This document shows positions 63,390 to 64,000 of a stretch of 64,000 nucleotides of DNA, piece after piece. A program made the translations under genes and the position numbers. Every line of letters begins with the position of its first letter. The stretch's first letter is position 1. The notes under the pieces are model-generated. The model was not told the origin of the DNA. It saw only the letters and a program-made list of their open reading frames with translations, and did no database searches. This DNA comes from Lama glama (lineage: Eukaryota): NCBI GenBank assembly GCA_028534125.1, contig CM052816.1, positions 45,634,001 to 45,698,000 on the forward strand, given 5' to 3'.

Positions 63390-64000
63390 CCCTAGTGACA
63401 GGTGGATTCTTGTATTTGCTCTGCATTCAAACTGTTGCTATATATCGTTTTGGCTAAAGTATATGAAGAAAATCCAGCTTCCCACAGATATTCAGTTAAG
63501 ATAGGAAAAAGGATTTTAACAGGTTTTTCAGATAATTGTAGATATTTATCTTTGATACTATATCAAGGCTCAATAAGTAGTGGTTTCTTAAAAGTTAGTT
63601 GCAATGTGGCTTATGAAATTATATCAATAAGTATTTTTTACTTAGTCACATTAAAATCCCTTGGCCTTACACTTTAAATGGATCTTTTATCTGTGTACAA
63701 TACTGTAACATTGTACATTTGAAAGATATTGGTTCACTGAGTTATGCACATTTTCTAAGTGTTGATACTTTTCATTGTATGATATTTGAAAAACCACATT
63801 ATTAAGCACCACAAATTTCATTACAAAATTCTTTGACTTTTGGGAAGCTACCAAATTTAAAGAGGCAATAAAAGTTTTCTAAAATCTAATTTTTGTATGA
63901 GATAAAACTTGAGTTTTATCAATGGTAGCAAACACTGTCTTATTTTCCTTGAAGTAACTGGCTTACTCAGTTCATTTTCAAGGAAATGTTCACCAAATAT
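63390..64000 (-). mobile_element. hAT DNA transposon relic (Charlie1-like internal sequence)
   Basis: aagtatatgaagaaaatccagc...ttttcagataattgt...attggttcactgagttatgca resembles recalled Charlie1 consensus. Confidence 0.75.

Noticed and set aside
53700..64000. Neighbouring upstream gene (LYSMD3 is adjacent in human)
   Set aside because: No second CpG island or coding exon seen in the 11 kb upstream.
1..64000. Prokaryote-style novel system (CRISPR array, operon, defence island)
   Set aside because: The sequence is mammalian intron/exon DNA; no repeat-spacer array or gene cluster is present.

Overview
Mammalian (AT-rich, CpG-depleted) genomic DNA, most likely a camelid: it carries nine copies of a short tRNA-Ala-derived SINE resembling Vic-1. 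The window holds the 5' end of ADGRV1 (GPR98/VLGR1/USH2C) on the minus strand. There is a CpG-island promoter (~52.75-53.56 kb), an ATG at 53002 and coding exons 1-11. These exons total 2240 nt, all have GT-AG boundaries, splice in frame, and encode a signal peptide plus tandem Calx-beta repeats. The gene continues past the left edge. Intron 1 is 31.9 kb. Most of the rest is repeats (L1, L2, MIR, MaLR LTRs, hAT/Tigger/mariner relics, microsatellites); subfamily names are from recalled consensus sequences, not a search. I see no evidence of a novel multi-gene system. Best leads: (i) inverted SINEs bracketing exons 3-4, whose circle would be a stop-less ORF; (ii) an exon 9 read-through/intronic polyA route to a short secreted isoform; (iii) an unidentified 114-nt retroposed fragment with a perfect 15-bp TSD; (iv) a candidate RFX + AP-1/ARE upstream enhancer; (v) a rare GAG 3' splice site; (vi) an L1 with a twin-priming-type inversion.
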